A DNA stretch of 64,000 nt from a virus (taxonomy: Duplodnaviria; Heunggongvirae; Uroviricota; Caudoviricetes). Where the stretch lies: positions 26,875 through 90,874 of the IMG/VR virus record IMGVR_UViG_3300046453_000093; one strand, 5' to 3'. The translations under genes and the position numbers were made by a program. Under the pieces are notes generated by a model that made no database searches, was not told the origin of the DNA, and saw nothing but the letters and a program-made list of their open reading frames with translations. Below, in pieces: positions 31,001-39,042 of this stretch; positions within the stretch are counted from its first letter, which is position 1, and every line of letters starts with the position of its first letter.

Positions 31001-33023
31001 AAATGAAATTAATGCTCTTAAACAGATATTGAAAACCGATAACCTGTCCGCTGAACAGAAAAAGGAATTAAACAAAACTATATATGCACTAACTACCACC
31101 CAAATTGAATACAATAATTCTGTTAAAGAATTGCAGAAACAACTTTCGCAAGCAAAATTAGACAAGTTGCTTGACAGTATAGCAGATTCAGCGGAAAAAG
31201 CTGATAGAGAGTTAAAGAAAATTGACGATACAATTCACATGACTGACCCAAATGATAAAGATGCAATGTTGAAGGCTCAAGAGAGCAGGATGAAAAAACT
31301 ACTGTCGATGCGGAAAGAAGCATTAGATAATATAAAAAAATTGGAAGACATGAGGGGTTCACTCGCAGGGAATTCTGAAGCACTCAAAAAAAATGCTGAA
31401 GAAATACAAGCATGGAAAGATAAATTAGCAGGAATTGATGTTGATATATTCGACCAAAAAGATGCGATAAAACAAGTTTATGAAGACATTGCTGACGCTT
31501 ATATTGATGCAATGAAAAATGCCTACGAAACCGAAAGAGATATTAAAATAAAAGAAATTGAAAAAATTCGTAAAGCAGAAGAAAAAGCGCATGAAGAAAA
31601 AATGAAAGAGTTCGAAGAACAATCGAAAGCGCTTGATGAAGAGTATAATAAAAAAATGCGTGAGATTGATGATGAAGCGTCTTCTGAGGATTACAGTAAG
31701 GGACTAGGTAAAAAACAAGAAGAATTAGCGACCCTACAGAGCAAGATTAACGCACTGTCATTGGACGATAGCCCTGAAGCTAAAAAACAACTCGCAGAAT
31801 TATTGAAACAAAAAGCTGAAAAAGAAGAAGAAATGAACGATTACATCAATGACCATAATCGTGAACAGAGAAAACAGGCAATTGAAGACGATAGAGATGC
31901 ACGACAGAAGGCAATTGATGACAACAAAGAAGCCGAAGATGAATCTTTTCAAGAGAGACAAGACGCTCTAGACGACCAAATAGAAGCCATTCAAAAAAAA
32001 TATGATGATATTCTTAACGATGAAAAAAAATGGAATACAGTAAGACAAGATATTCTCAATGGCGATATAGCGAAATATAAAGACGAACTAGATGGAATCT
32101 CAGACTATATCAAAAATAACAATAAGGAAATTGGAGAAAGTATATCTAACAATATAACCGATGCTCTTGCTGAAGCCAAAAAAGGCTTGGAAGCAATTAA
32201 AACAGGTTTTGATGACATTTCGAAACAGGCAGATGCCGAGAAAAAGAAACAGGATGATGCTGATGCAAAAAAGAGGAAAGATGAAGCTGATGCAAAAAAG
32301 AAAAAAGAAGAAGCTGAAGCCAAAAAGAAAAAAGATGCTGAAGCTAAGAAAAAGAAGGATGCTGAAGCCAAAAAGAAAAAAGATGCTGAAGCTAAGAAAA
32401 AGAAAGATGCTGAAGCGAAGAAAAAGAAAGATGCTGAAAATGATAAAGACGATAAGGATGATAAGGATGATAAGGGTAGTGGCAAATCATCAAAAAAATC
32501 TTGGGAAAGCATTGGACTAAAGAAGAAGAAATATTCAACACCTAAAGGCGGTTGGAATAAAAACAATGTAAAAGACAGAATGGCTAAACGTGGCTATGAC
32601 AACTCAGTGGCTAATCGTGCAAAACTATATAAGCACTGGGGAGGTAAAGGAACTTTTTCAGGTACAGCATCTCAAAATGCTTGGCTATTGAAGAAGATGA
32701 ACGAAAAAGGATTTAGGTCAGGTGGATATACAGGAGATTGGTTTGGTAACGATGGGAAATTAGCTATGTTACATAAAAAAGAAATTGTTTTAAATAAGGG
32801 CGATACTGAAAACTTCCTGAAAGCTATAGACATCACAAAAGATTTTGCCAATTTGTTAAAAAATATTACAATTCCTAAATTGAACGATTCTTCAAAATCT
32901 GGCAATACAGTCAACTTAAACATCAATATTGAAAATCTTCAAGGTGGCAAAAAAGGCGCAGATGATTTGATAAAAATAATCAATACTAAAATTAGGGGAA
33001 AAGGAGGTTTATTGTTGTCATGA
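25011..33023 (+). CDS. tail tape measure protein, 2670 aa (TP901-family TMP core present)
   Basis: Core region ~nt 27650-28160 (ATKLKDVLSIMGDFGRMGFNENQ...DLADGIRKAGASAKTFGVDLDELVGYVSAIGSTTRESGAIVGNGLKTIFSRI). Hydrophobic TM-like stretch ~28560-28860. Long coiled-coil N-terminal and C-terminal regions with internal duplications. Position before Dit and Tal. Confidence 0.85.
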   Translation: MDNLQILLTGSLNTKSSVPEINKAISIIEQSKDLQKIKLKVDIDPTALDAIKKIAESVKNIPKPKIDMKEATKSAEIQMKQFKEQNVKYWAEIGEGVDGVKKKLGHKYGDSNLLNVTQIKGESEQLKSFSVNVETATGKMRQFNYEKAKVQMANGSEETRWVATLIRDLDITGKEYKEVLKLQARLESQLKSSLTKGSIDKKTHDSLLDNVKQAKSKQELETFQNTNKVLLAEYQTEEKITKEIEKQVQLLQTKMRNINAEGSIPKDRRSSMGSDLKNIKTMEDLTNFTKKYENELITLTATEKKYAQGKEKLSNLILKLGQDGQISEGRLKRLNSALNSSENLAQITKLEQAIARTIANKKKMDDINSFQRKSKSNTDSLITTAGSHVDISALKAYQDRVNSLSLRTKDYQNVLKQLGIEYSDLEKKAKSAQMSEKMMLDEAKDRLKTQLETLRIKGKIDDTQHKALTGKVDSATTSMQLKTFENENKILLAQYDVNQKNTKELQKQIDLQQTKMRNINAQGSVPEKRRTEMGNDLKSIKSMQDLTNFTQKYSKELATATVSEKKFSTGQDAMRNRIKQLGEDGLITEKRLKSLNNAVNTTKNVEEVKKLEGIIDKLEAKVKKKQKIELFQAGSKVDIQNLQRTYGAYIDASKLRDYDNAVKALTPDTKNLNHEMALLIKKFAELSANAKDAKKLKMPNLNGLTPEQQMKSNLTSQLQKMREASTLTEKSFIRLNNSINSSHNIAELMKLDGILKRQATRKENKFDVGLFKRQMETKIQNMTTTYGDKHIDQSALQKFEQSLTRLDPKSRTLKNDLKLLRQEMAELESNTRRASGATEQANMSMGKMLATALKKFPVWMLSATLFYAPIRALRSMTDRLIEIDTAMTQIRRVMDMPDFKFTELLESAVNMSDELATKLKDVLSIMGDFGRMGFNENQLVDITKTAQVTQNVSDLNSTEAVDTLTSAMLNFNVSAEDSMTIIDKLNEVDNNYAISTKDLADGIRKAGASAKTFGVDLDELVGYVSAIGSTTRESGAIVGNGLKTIFSRITTMDSAETALNNVGVSIKDMAGSVRPVSDIISDLAGRWTSLTDEQRQNLGVTLAGRHQLTRFLALMNNFDIAISSTNTSLNSQGSAMKEQEKFADSLEGRLNRLDTAWNKLTLAMGEAVISDGLVAGIEVLDALAKSVGAFVKTFGFLPTTLAIVGVALTLFNTKIKTLVVSMFFGSKGMDMMKLHALGITEGMTRAEYATLSLKTGLMALGAVTAAGVGFFILGAIIEHFIKKSAEAQRQAEEIKAMEDAEVEALTKNREQVEKLIEQYNGLTEARGKYGENNTLKQEEKYFALQQKLGELYPALIDHIDGAGRTHLKTKDAIEKEKQETYALIDAKKLQMQIDGKAKIAEAETKRNDLQKKIDDTKNEIANPVKVVGFGENQKVVQKSQEELDLLGKQLKLYEGQWSTASQAVTNETLKIADAYTNVEIDPSIQQGVDDFFNSIDTSKMNSGELESFSQQIGEATNALQEAYKNNDPTAFDQASDAIRNIGKSMGLTTRDMLGFDLSFEGLKKQAEMGAKAVYAGRDGFDGLDESVSEADGTMDEYSGTIGGVAETTNGLAGGTSALGGAMGDLLGTTGGVASAMSDNANASSILLGVTEDQIKVLQNALAVFQAFSGQQNLSEQQSMMLANATATLSAQFPQFTGNLAENTNFMSKQIGMMDALSGVSADNTAVMVGNENSKTRAVIEQTNQRINGYKKEAQALSALMDRIAASYDEEGMSGAKTNAYHNAQNRLGEIAVEYATAQASLVKLYHSSGVKAGVISTPKDNKKTGSGNSDSKDDKIEKTIDKYEDKLHELDQSIKASESVQSRYTEGSTKWIAEQKKQIKLLGQKKAQTELEEKALRKLLKTGKLDKDQKKEVNSRLKELSTTQTEYTTQIREMGLELADAKINYTIDKYESSISSLDDSLAQSEAKLKGYTEGSKEWSSEISNQIGLINKKKTANQNEINALKQILKTDNLSAEQKKELNKTIYALTTTQIEYNNSVKELQKQLSQAKLDKLLDSIADSAEKADRELKKIDDTIHMTDPNDKDAMLKAQESRMKKLLSMRKEALDNIKKLEDMRGSLAGNSEALKKNAEEIQAWKDKLAGIDVDIFDQKDAIKQVYEDIADAYIDAMKNAYETERDIKIKEIEKIRKAEEKAHEEKMKEFEEQSKALDEEYNKKMREIDDEASSEDYSKGLGKKQEELATLQSKINALSLDDSPEAKKQLAELLKQKAEKEEEMNDYINDHNREQRKQAIEDDRDARQKAIDDNKEAEDESFQERQDALDDQIEAIQKKYDDILNDEKKWNTVRQDILNGDIAKYKDELDGISDYIKNNNKEIGESISNNITDALAEAKKGLEAIKTGFDDISKQADAEKKKQDDADAKKRKDEADAKKKKEEAEAKKKKDAEAKKKKDAEAKKKKDAEAKKKKDAEAKKKKDAENDKDDKDDKDDKGSGKSSKKSWESIGLKKKKYSTPKGGWNKNNVKDRMAKRGYDNSVANRAKLYKHWGGKGTFSGTASQNAWLLKKMNEKGFRSGGYTGDWFGNDGKLAMLHKKEIVLNKGDTENFLKAIDITKDFANLLKNITIPKLNDSSKSGNTVNLNINIENLQGGKKGADDLIKIINTKIRGKGGLLLS
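32254..32476 (+). repeat. in-frame tandem repeats inside TMP: ~7 copies of a 24-nt unit (gatgctgaagcYaaRaagaaaaaR = DAEAKKKK) followed by 4 copies of a 9-nt unit (gataaRgaY = DKD)
   Basis: Directly visible periodicity in nucleotide and protein sequence (KKKKDAEAKKKKDAEA...DKDDKDDKDDKG). Confidence 0.85.
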
Positions 33024-33793
33024 TAAAACAATATCTAAATTTTACTTATAATGGCATTAATTCTAGAGACATGGGATGTTCCCATGTCTCTTTAAATTCA
33101 GGTTTATATGAAGAAAATATTGGCGGAAATCGTACTATTATTGAGCAACAAAACAGTCAATCAGATAGAAGATATTACAGACGCATCTCTATTGAACCAA
33201 TAGAATTTGAGATGACTATCATGTTAAACGATAGTATTATTAATTCTCAAACCGCTACAGTAGATTCTGTGATTGTGTGGTTGATGCAAGATTACTACAA
33301 AGAGTTATATTTTGACAATGAAGTTGATAAAATATATTTTTGTATGCCAATTTCCAACCCTGTATTTCATCATGACGGAAGTGGAAAGGGATACATTGTT
33401 TTAAATATGCGTTGTTTTGATGGATACATATATTCAAGCGAAATCACAAAAGTATACGATTTATCATCGAACTATGCAATGGGTACAGAATTTTATATTT
33501 ACAATGATGGTCATGCAGATATTTATCCTTTAATGATAATAGAAGCAAAAGAACCAACAATAGAAATAAATAATAAAACAACACAAGAAAACACAAAGTT
33601 TACAGGCTTACTAGTTGGGGAGAAAATCACATTGGACAATGAAAACGAAGAAATCACAACAAGTGTTAATGGTGTTTATCGTTTTAGCAATCATAACGAT
33701 GTGTTTTTTCGACTTATACCACCAAAAAATCTTGTTAATATTCAGGGGAACTGTATCGTTACATTGAAATATAGGTATAAAAGAAAGTTTTAA
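33020..33793 (+). CDS. putative distal tail protein (Dit)
   Basis: Start overlaps TMP stop (ATGA). 257 aa. Position between TMP and Tal. Confidence 0.55.
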   Translation: MIKQYLNFTYNGINSRDMGCSHVSLNSGLYEENIGGNRTIIEQQNSQSDRRYYRRISIEPIEFEMTIMLNDSIINSQTATVDSVIVWLMQDYYKELYFDNEVDKIYFCMPISNPVFHHDGSGKGYIVLNMRCFDGYIYSSEITKVYDLSSNYAMGTEFYIYNDGHADIYPLMIIEAKEPTIEINNKTTQENTKFTGLLVGEKITLDNENEEITTSVNGVYRFSNHNDVFFRLIPPKNLVNIQGNCIVTLKYRYKRKF

Positions 33794-33808
33794 AAGGAGG
33801 TGTAAATA

Positions 33809-36763
33809 TTGTTACCTACTGTTGACTTATTATCAAAAAACCAAGAAATCAGATTGTTTGTTTGTAATAGCAGAATGGAGACAATCGGCAGGGTAAAAGA
33901 AGCAGAAATATCTTCCTTTGACATAAATGTAGGCAAATTGAATGAAGTATCATTTAGTATTCCCCTATATGTTGACAGCATAAACGATGGATTAAAAATA
34001 AATAAAAATAACAGTCTTTTAATTGATAGAACTATTTTAATGCTAGTATACGGTGAATGGAAAGAGTATTTTATGATTAATAGTCATGAAGATTCAGACG
34101 ACAATCAGTATCGGACAATTCACGCATTTTCGCTAGGAATTCAGTTAAATGACAAACTATTAAAAGGATATGTATCTAGAACTACTGCAACAACTATAGA
34201 CACTGATACTGGCGAGTCTAAAACCGAAGAGGTTGATGCGCCAATAAACATTCAACGAGCAATTACAGATGCCTTACAGAGAAACAGAGTGTGGACAGTT
34301 GGGTATATTGACCCCGCATTAAATATATTATATAGACAATTTGAATTTGATTCAGTAACTCCACTTGAGTACATATATCAAATTGGAGAAAAATTTAACG
34401 CAATTATAGAATGGGACACAATTAATCAAAAGATAAATGCCTATCATCCTGACAATTATGGCGAAGACAAGGGTTTTAAAATTACTGATGAAAAATATAT
34501 TAGTAATTTAATAAAAAAATCAAGTGACGATGATTTTTGTACAAGGTTATATTTAGAAGGAAGTGAAGGATTAACCATCAATTCCGTTCACCCAACAGGT
34601 CAAAGTTATATTGAAGATTATTCATATTTTATTAATACGAATCAAATGAGCGATAGCTTAAAACTTGCAATGATTTCATATAGTACATATGTTGATTCGA
34701 GAAGTGCTGAGTTTCCTTGGCTTTTGGCACAGCTAGAAGCGGAACAGACTGAATATAGAGCCATTAATAGCGAAATTTCAGATTTAGAGCAAAACCTAAA
34801 AGAAGCGACTGATAGGGAAGATATTTGTAAAGCAACAGGTGATTTCCTCACTTCTAAAACGACTGTTACTACATCTAGTCCTACTATCGAGAAAACATTT
34901 AAACCTGATACGGACTATATTGTGTTTACTAAGATTAGCAGTAATGAAAATGTACATACAGTTCATAATGATGTAGCTTTTACATGGGTGAAAGATGTGT
35001 GGAATGTTCTCAAATTTACTGAGAAGAGTAAGTTGTCCTTTTCGCAGTTTACGAGTTCATTTGATATTGATTATATATATATGTTTGTATCCGATGACGA
35101 CAATGAAAATGCAACAAACCAAGAATTGTTGGAAAAATATAATTCTAGTTATATAACTAGCTTAATTACACCAAAGAGAATATCTTCACTCGCAAAGAAA
35201 AGTGAGTTAGATGCAGTAAACGCTCAAATTACACAATTAAAAGAAGACATATCAATTGAAAAACATCTGTCATCCGAACAGTTGAATGAATTGGATAGAT
35301 TCATTATTGAAAAAGATTATATTGACGAAAATCTAATTGATGCTCAGAGTTTATTGGTAGAGGGTAAAAAACAACTTGAAGAAAGAAATAAGCCACAAGT
35401 TTTGTTTGATGTTGGTTTGTTTAATTTCCTGAATTGCCTTGAGGAAAAAAGGAATTGGGATAAGTTATCAGCATTTGACATTGTAAGAATCCAAAGCAAA
35501 AAGATTGATGTAGATATCAAAGCAAGAATCATCAATATAAGTATAAGTGACGATTCTATAGGGTTGACTATTGCTAATATCAAAAATGCCAAGAACGAAC
35601 AAGATAAATTTATTCAAATGTTGTATGGTGCAGTCAGCGGTTCGAAAACAATACAGAAAAAAGAGTGGACTTGGGATAAGGCAAAAGATGTTGAGATTAA
35701 ACTAAATGATTATACTAGCAGTGCTATTGACGCTACAAAACAAAGAATTGTTGCAGGAATCAATGAGAATGTTGTCCTAAGTGAGAGAGGACTAAAAATC
35801 ACTTCTACCGATAGTCCTGAAACATTTCTTGTCGCAAATCATGGTGTTATTGCAATTACTCACGACAATGGAAAAACGTGGGAAAATGCCCTGACGACTG
35901 ATGGGCTAGTTGCAGAAAAAGTAGTGGGTCATATTATAGCAGGTGACAAATTAGAAATAGGAAACAGCAGAGGTTCATTTAAGGTGACAGGGGAAGAAGT
36001 AACTATCACAGGAGGTTCACTGATAATTGAAGGGGGTCTTCCTGAAGAACAAATAGCTACAGACGCTACAGATAAATGGAATGATTCAAGTGACCTAATA
36101 AATGATTTGGTGTCTGACAGTGTAATCACACCCTACGAAAAAAATAGCCTTAAACAGAAATGGGATGCAATTGTGTTAGAGCATAATACAAATTCATCTA
36201 CGATGGATGTTTATTACGATGACCCAAACACTTTGCCATACTTTAGTGATTATAACAATAGTTTTAATTCATTATATGATTATTTATTTATAGAGAAACA
36301 GAATGATAACTATACTTTATTATCTGATGCAAATATGACAAATAAAACAATGATTGACAAGACAGTTTTTTCTAATAGGTTTAATGCTTATAATACTTCT
36401 TTAGAAGAAGTGAAAAAACAAATATCAATTAAGGCTAAAGAACTTACAGATAAATTCCAACAAGACCTACAGGAAGCAAAAAACGATATTTCCTATCATA
36501 CTGAACTCCATTCAACAGCAGGAAACCAATTCATGAATGGAGACATAAGCACAACGGTTTATGTAGTTGTCTACAAGGGCAGGGAAGACATAACAAATAC
36601 ACTTCCTACTTCTGCATTCCAGTGGAAAAAGACAGATAAAGATGGGATAGAAGATACAGTTTGGAACAATTCTCACGTAGGGGTGGGGAGTCAGATTCTA
36701 ATTGACAGAGAAGATGTCTTTAGAAAAGCGACTTTTTGGTGCGATATAGATATCGTCACATAA
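33809..36763 (+). CDS. tail tip / tail-associated protein (Tal; prophage-tail endopeptidase family N-terminal domain), 984 aa
   Basis: Size and position after Dit. RBS aaaggaggtg. Long coiled-coil middle region. Confidence 0.55.
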   Translation: MLPTVDLLSKNQEIRLFVCNSRMETIGRVKEAEISSFDINVGKLNEVSFSIPLYVDSINDGLKINKNNSLLIDRTILMLVYGEWKEYFMINSHEDSDDNQYRTIHAFSLGIQLNDKLLKGYVSRTTATTIDTDTGESKTEEVDAPINIQRAITDALQRNRVWTVGYIDPALNILYRQFEFDSVTPLEYIYQIGEKFNAIIEWDTINQKINAYHPDNYGEDKGFKITDEKYISNLIKKSSDDDFCTRLYLEGSEGLTINSVHPTGQSYIEDYSYFINTNQMSDSLKLAMISYSTYVDSRSAEFPWLLAQLEAEQTEYRAINSEISDLEQNLKEATDREDICKATGDFLTSKTTVTTSSPTIEKTFKPDTDYIVFTKISSNENVHTVHNDVAFTWVKDVWNVLKFTEKSKLSFSQFTSSFDIDYIYMFVSDDDNENATNQELLEKYNSSYITSLITPKRISSLAKKSELDAVNAQITQLKEDISIEKHLSSEQLNELDRFIIEKDYIDENLIDAQSLLVEGKKQLEERNKPQVLFDVGLFNFLNCLEEKRNWDKLSAFDIVRIQSKKIDVDIKARIINISISDDSIGLTIANIKNAKNEQDKFIQMLYGAVSGSKTIQKKEWTWDKAKDVEIKLNDYTSSAIDATKQRIVAGINENVVLSERGLKITSTDSPETFLVANHGVIAITHDNGKTWENALTTDGLVAEKVVGHIIAGDKLEIGNSRGSFKVTGEEVTITGGSLIIEGGLPEEQIATDATDKWNDSSDLINDLVSDSVITPYEKNSLKQKWDAIVLEHNTNSSTMDVYYDDPNTLPYFSDYNNSFNSLYDYLFIEKQNDNYTLLSDANMTNKTMIDKTVFSNRFNAYNTSLEEVKKQISIKAKELTDKFQQDLQEAKNDISYHTELHSTAGNQFMNGDISTTVYVVVYKGREDITNTLPTSAFQWKKTDKDGIEDTVWNNSHVGVGSQILIDREDVFRKATFWCDIDIVT

Positions 36764-36774
36764 ATAATTAATGA

Positions 36775-36808
36775 AAACACGTTAAAATTTTAGCGTGTTT
36801 TTTATTTT
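36775..36808 (+). terminator. rho-independent terminator
   Basis: aaacacgttaaaattttagcgtgttt hairpin plus tttttatttt. Confidence 0.7.
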
Positions 36809-36820
36809 GGATAAAAGGAA

Positions 36821-38962
36821 GTGTTATATATAATGAGTATTGTTAGTTCAGGACAACTCACCATTAGTGACATCAATGATGCAAAACAGTTAGTATTATA
36901 TTTGAATCCAAGTGTAAGAAATCAGATATATAATCCAAATGCGACAGGTAGTACAGCTTACAATCCTGACTTTACAGGTTCAAATTTAACTTTCACACCT
37001 GAATTATATGTAGCAGGTGGTGGAACTACGAATCTATTACCAAGTAGTGCTATTGTGTCATGTAATTGGTATGAGGGTTCACAAACCACAAATGCTATTG
37101 GTACAGGTAATACCACAGGTGCAGATGGAATTAGTAGTTATAGTATTCCAACTGGTACACCACAAACAACTTTGAAAGTATTAACTGTTAAATCCAATTT
37201 AACGAATAAGAACTCGCAAAAATTCACTTGTGTAGTAGTGTATCATGATGATGATTTAAATGCTGACATAACCATGAAGGCAGACGTTGAAGTTGTCAAA
37301 GTGACAAATGGAGTAAAGGGAGCAGATGGCACAGGTACTGATGCAGTAGTTGGCGTTCTTAGTAATGAGAATTCTACTATTCCTGCTAACTCTAGTGGTA
37401 CAGCTACAGCCCAAAATTTAGCTTTAGCAACCACCACTTTAAAAATCTTCGAAGGAACAGATGATATTACAAGTAGTTATACAGTTTCAATTGCTTTAAA
37501 CCCTAACGATACAACTAAATTTAATGTGACTACAAGTGGAACACCTGCAAATAGTGTGATTACTGTTAGCACAATGACTGATGCAACTGCAAGTGCAAGT
37601 GTAACATTTACTGCTACTAGAAGTGGATATCCAACGATTACCAAAGTATTCAATGTTTCAAAATTGAATGCAGGTACAAATGGTTCAGAAGTAACAATAA
37701 ATTGGTTGGATATACCTAGTACTTTGGCAGTAAGCAATACTGGTGCTTATGCACGTTCCACCCTAACATTTAAATCGTACTCTAAAACAGGGGCAAGTGT
37801 ACAGCAAGCATATGATGGTTTTTTGCAAGTTGATACCTCGCCTGATGGCACAACTTGGACTAACGCTGTTGCAAATACAACACAATTTTCAAGTGGTTCT
37901 TACACATATCCTGCAAGTGGTTCAATGCCAACAGGAATAAAATTTATAAGAGTAAGGTTATATTCAGCCACAGGTGGTAGTGGTCTACTAGACGAAGAAA
38001 CAATTTCAATTATCGCTGAAGGAAATGATGCGTTTTTCTGTAATATGGTTACACCTCAAGGTGATATGATTCGAAATTCTTCAGGACAATTAACAGTAAA
38101 AGCAGAACTCGTTAAGGGTTCAAGTCCAGTAACACCAACAGCAATAAAATGGTATGTCCAAGACCCCGCTGTAACTATAGCTACAAACGGTGGTGGAGGA
38201 GATACGGATGGTGGCATTGGTTGGAGATTGTTGCAGACAGTAGCTGACGCTACAACAGCCCCAACTCTAAATGGTGCAACAGCGGGTGGTACATTGACAG
38301 GCGCAACTTACTTTGTAAAGTATACTTGGTGTTCAACAAATGGAGAAACCTTACCAAGCGCACAAGCGCAATTAGCTGTTACAGCAAACTACAACTTAAA
38401 GATTACTGTTCCCGCATTCCCAACAGGTGTGTTTAAAGCCAAGGTGTATGTAGGCACAGTAACTGGAACTGTAAAGTATCAAGGAGATATCAATACAAGT
38501 GCAGGAACTTACACCATTACAGCACCAATTAATACAACAAATCCACAACCACCATCAACGAATACAGCAACTTATACTCAAACTGTTACGAACTTCGCAA
38601 CGGATACAATAACTGTTCCTGCAACTGCAATAACTAATTTTGAAGGATTTAAAGCAATTTTGACATATAACACTCTTAAATATAGTGGAATCGTTGTCTT
38701 GAAAGATATTTCTGACCCAATTCTCTGTAGAATTGATGGAGTAGAAGTGTTTAAGAACGGTGATGGAACTAATACCTATAGAGCAACATTAATACAAGGT
38801 GGAAGTGAAATAGATAGTTCAGGAACAAAATATACATACACTTGGTCTATTTGGAATAAAGATGGTACAAAAACAACATTTAATAAAACAGGTAAAACAA
38901 CTTCGGTAGATGCCACTGATATAACAAATATTGGAAATCTTCTTTGTGAGGTTTCTTTGTGA
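36821..38962 (+). CDS. tail fibre / receptor-binding protein 1 (713 aa, T/S/G-rich beta protein)
   Basis: N-terminus MSIVSSGQLTISDINDAKQL is conserved with the N-terminus of the next ORF (shared anchor domain). Extreme Thr/Ser/Gly/Asn richness. Confidence 0.55.
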   Translation: MLYIMSIVSSGQLTISDINDAKQLVLYLNPSVRNQIYNPNATGSTAYNPDFTGSNLTFTPELYVAGGGTTNLLPSSAIVSCNWYEGSQTTNAIGTGNTTGADGISSYSIPTGTPQTTLKVLTVKSNLTNKNSQKFTCVVVYHDDDLNADITMKADVEVVKVTNGVKGADGTGTDAVVGVLSNENSTIPANSSGTATAQNLALATTTLKIFEGTDDITSSYTVSIALNPNDTTKFNVTTSGTPANSVITVSTMTDATASASVTFTATRSGYPTITKVFNVSKLNAGTNGSEVTINWLDIPSTLAVSNTGAYARSTLTFKSYSKTGASVQQAYDGFLQVDTSPDGTTWTNAVANTTQFSSGSYTYPASGSMPTGIKFIRVRLYSATGGSGLLDEETISIIAEGNDAFFCNMVTPQGDMIRNSSGQLTVKAELVKGSSPVTPTAIKWYVQDPAVTIATNGGGGDTDGGIGWRLLQTVADATTAPTLNGATAGGTLTGATYFVKYTWCSTNGETLPSAQAQLAVTANYNLKITVPAFPTGVFKAKVYVGTVTGTVKYQGDINTSAGTYTITAPINTTNPQPPSTNTATYTQTVTNFATDTITVPATAITNFEGFKAILTYNTLKYSGIVVLKDISDPILCRIDGVEVFKNGDGTNTYRATLIQGGSEIDSSGTKYTYTWSIWNKDGTKTTFNKTGKTTSVDATDITNIGNLLCEVSL

Positions 38963-38974
38963 TAAATATAATAA

Positions 38975-39007
38975 AAAGAGTATTATTAATTGATACTCTT
39001 TTTATTC
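38975..39007 (+). terminator. rho-independent terminator
   Basis: aaagagtattattaattgatactcttt hairpin plus ttttatt. Confidence 0.65.
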
Positions 39008-39042
39008 TTGAATTTTAAAGGATAGAAAGGGTGAATCAATAA

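Noticed and set aside
32105-32566. Overlapping ORFs on both strands (32161-32520 +, 32105-32566 -) in the K/E/D-rich repeat, and the repeat array itself as a possible CRISPR array
   Set aside because: They are alternative-frame readings of the 24-nt tandem repeat inside the TMP reading frame. The repeats are contiguous (no spacers), coding and in-frame, so this is not a CRISPR array or a separate gene.
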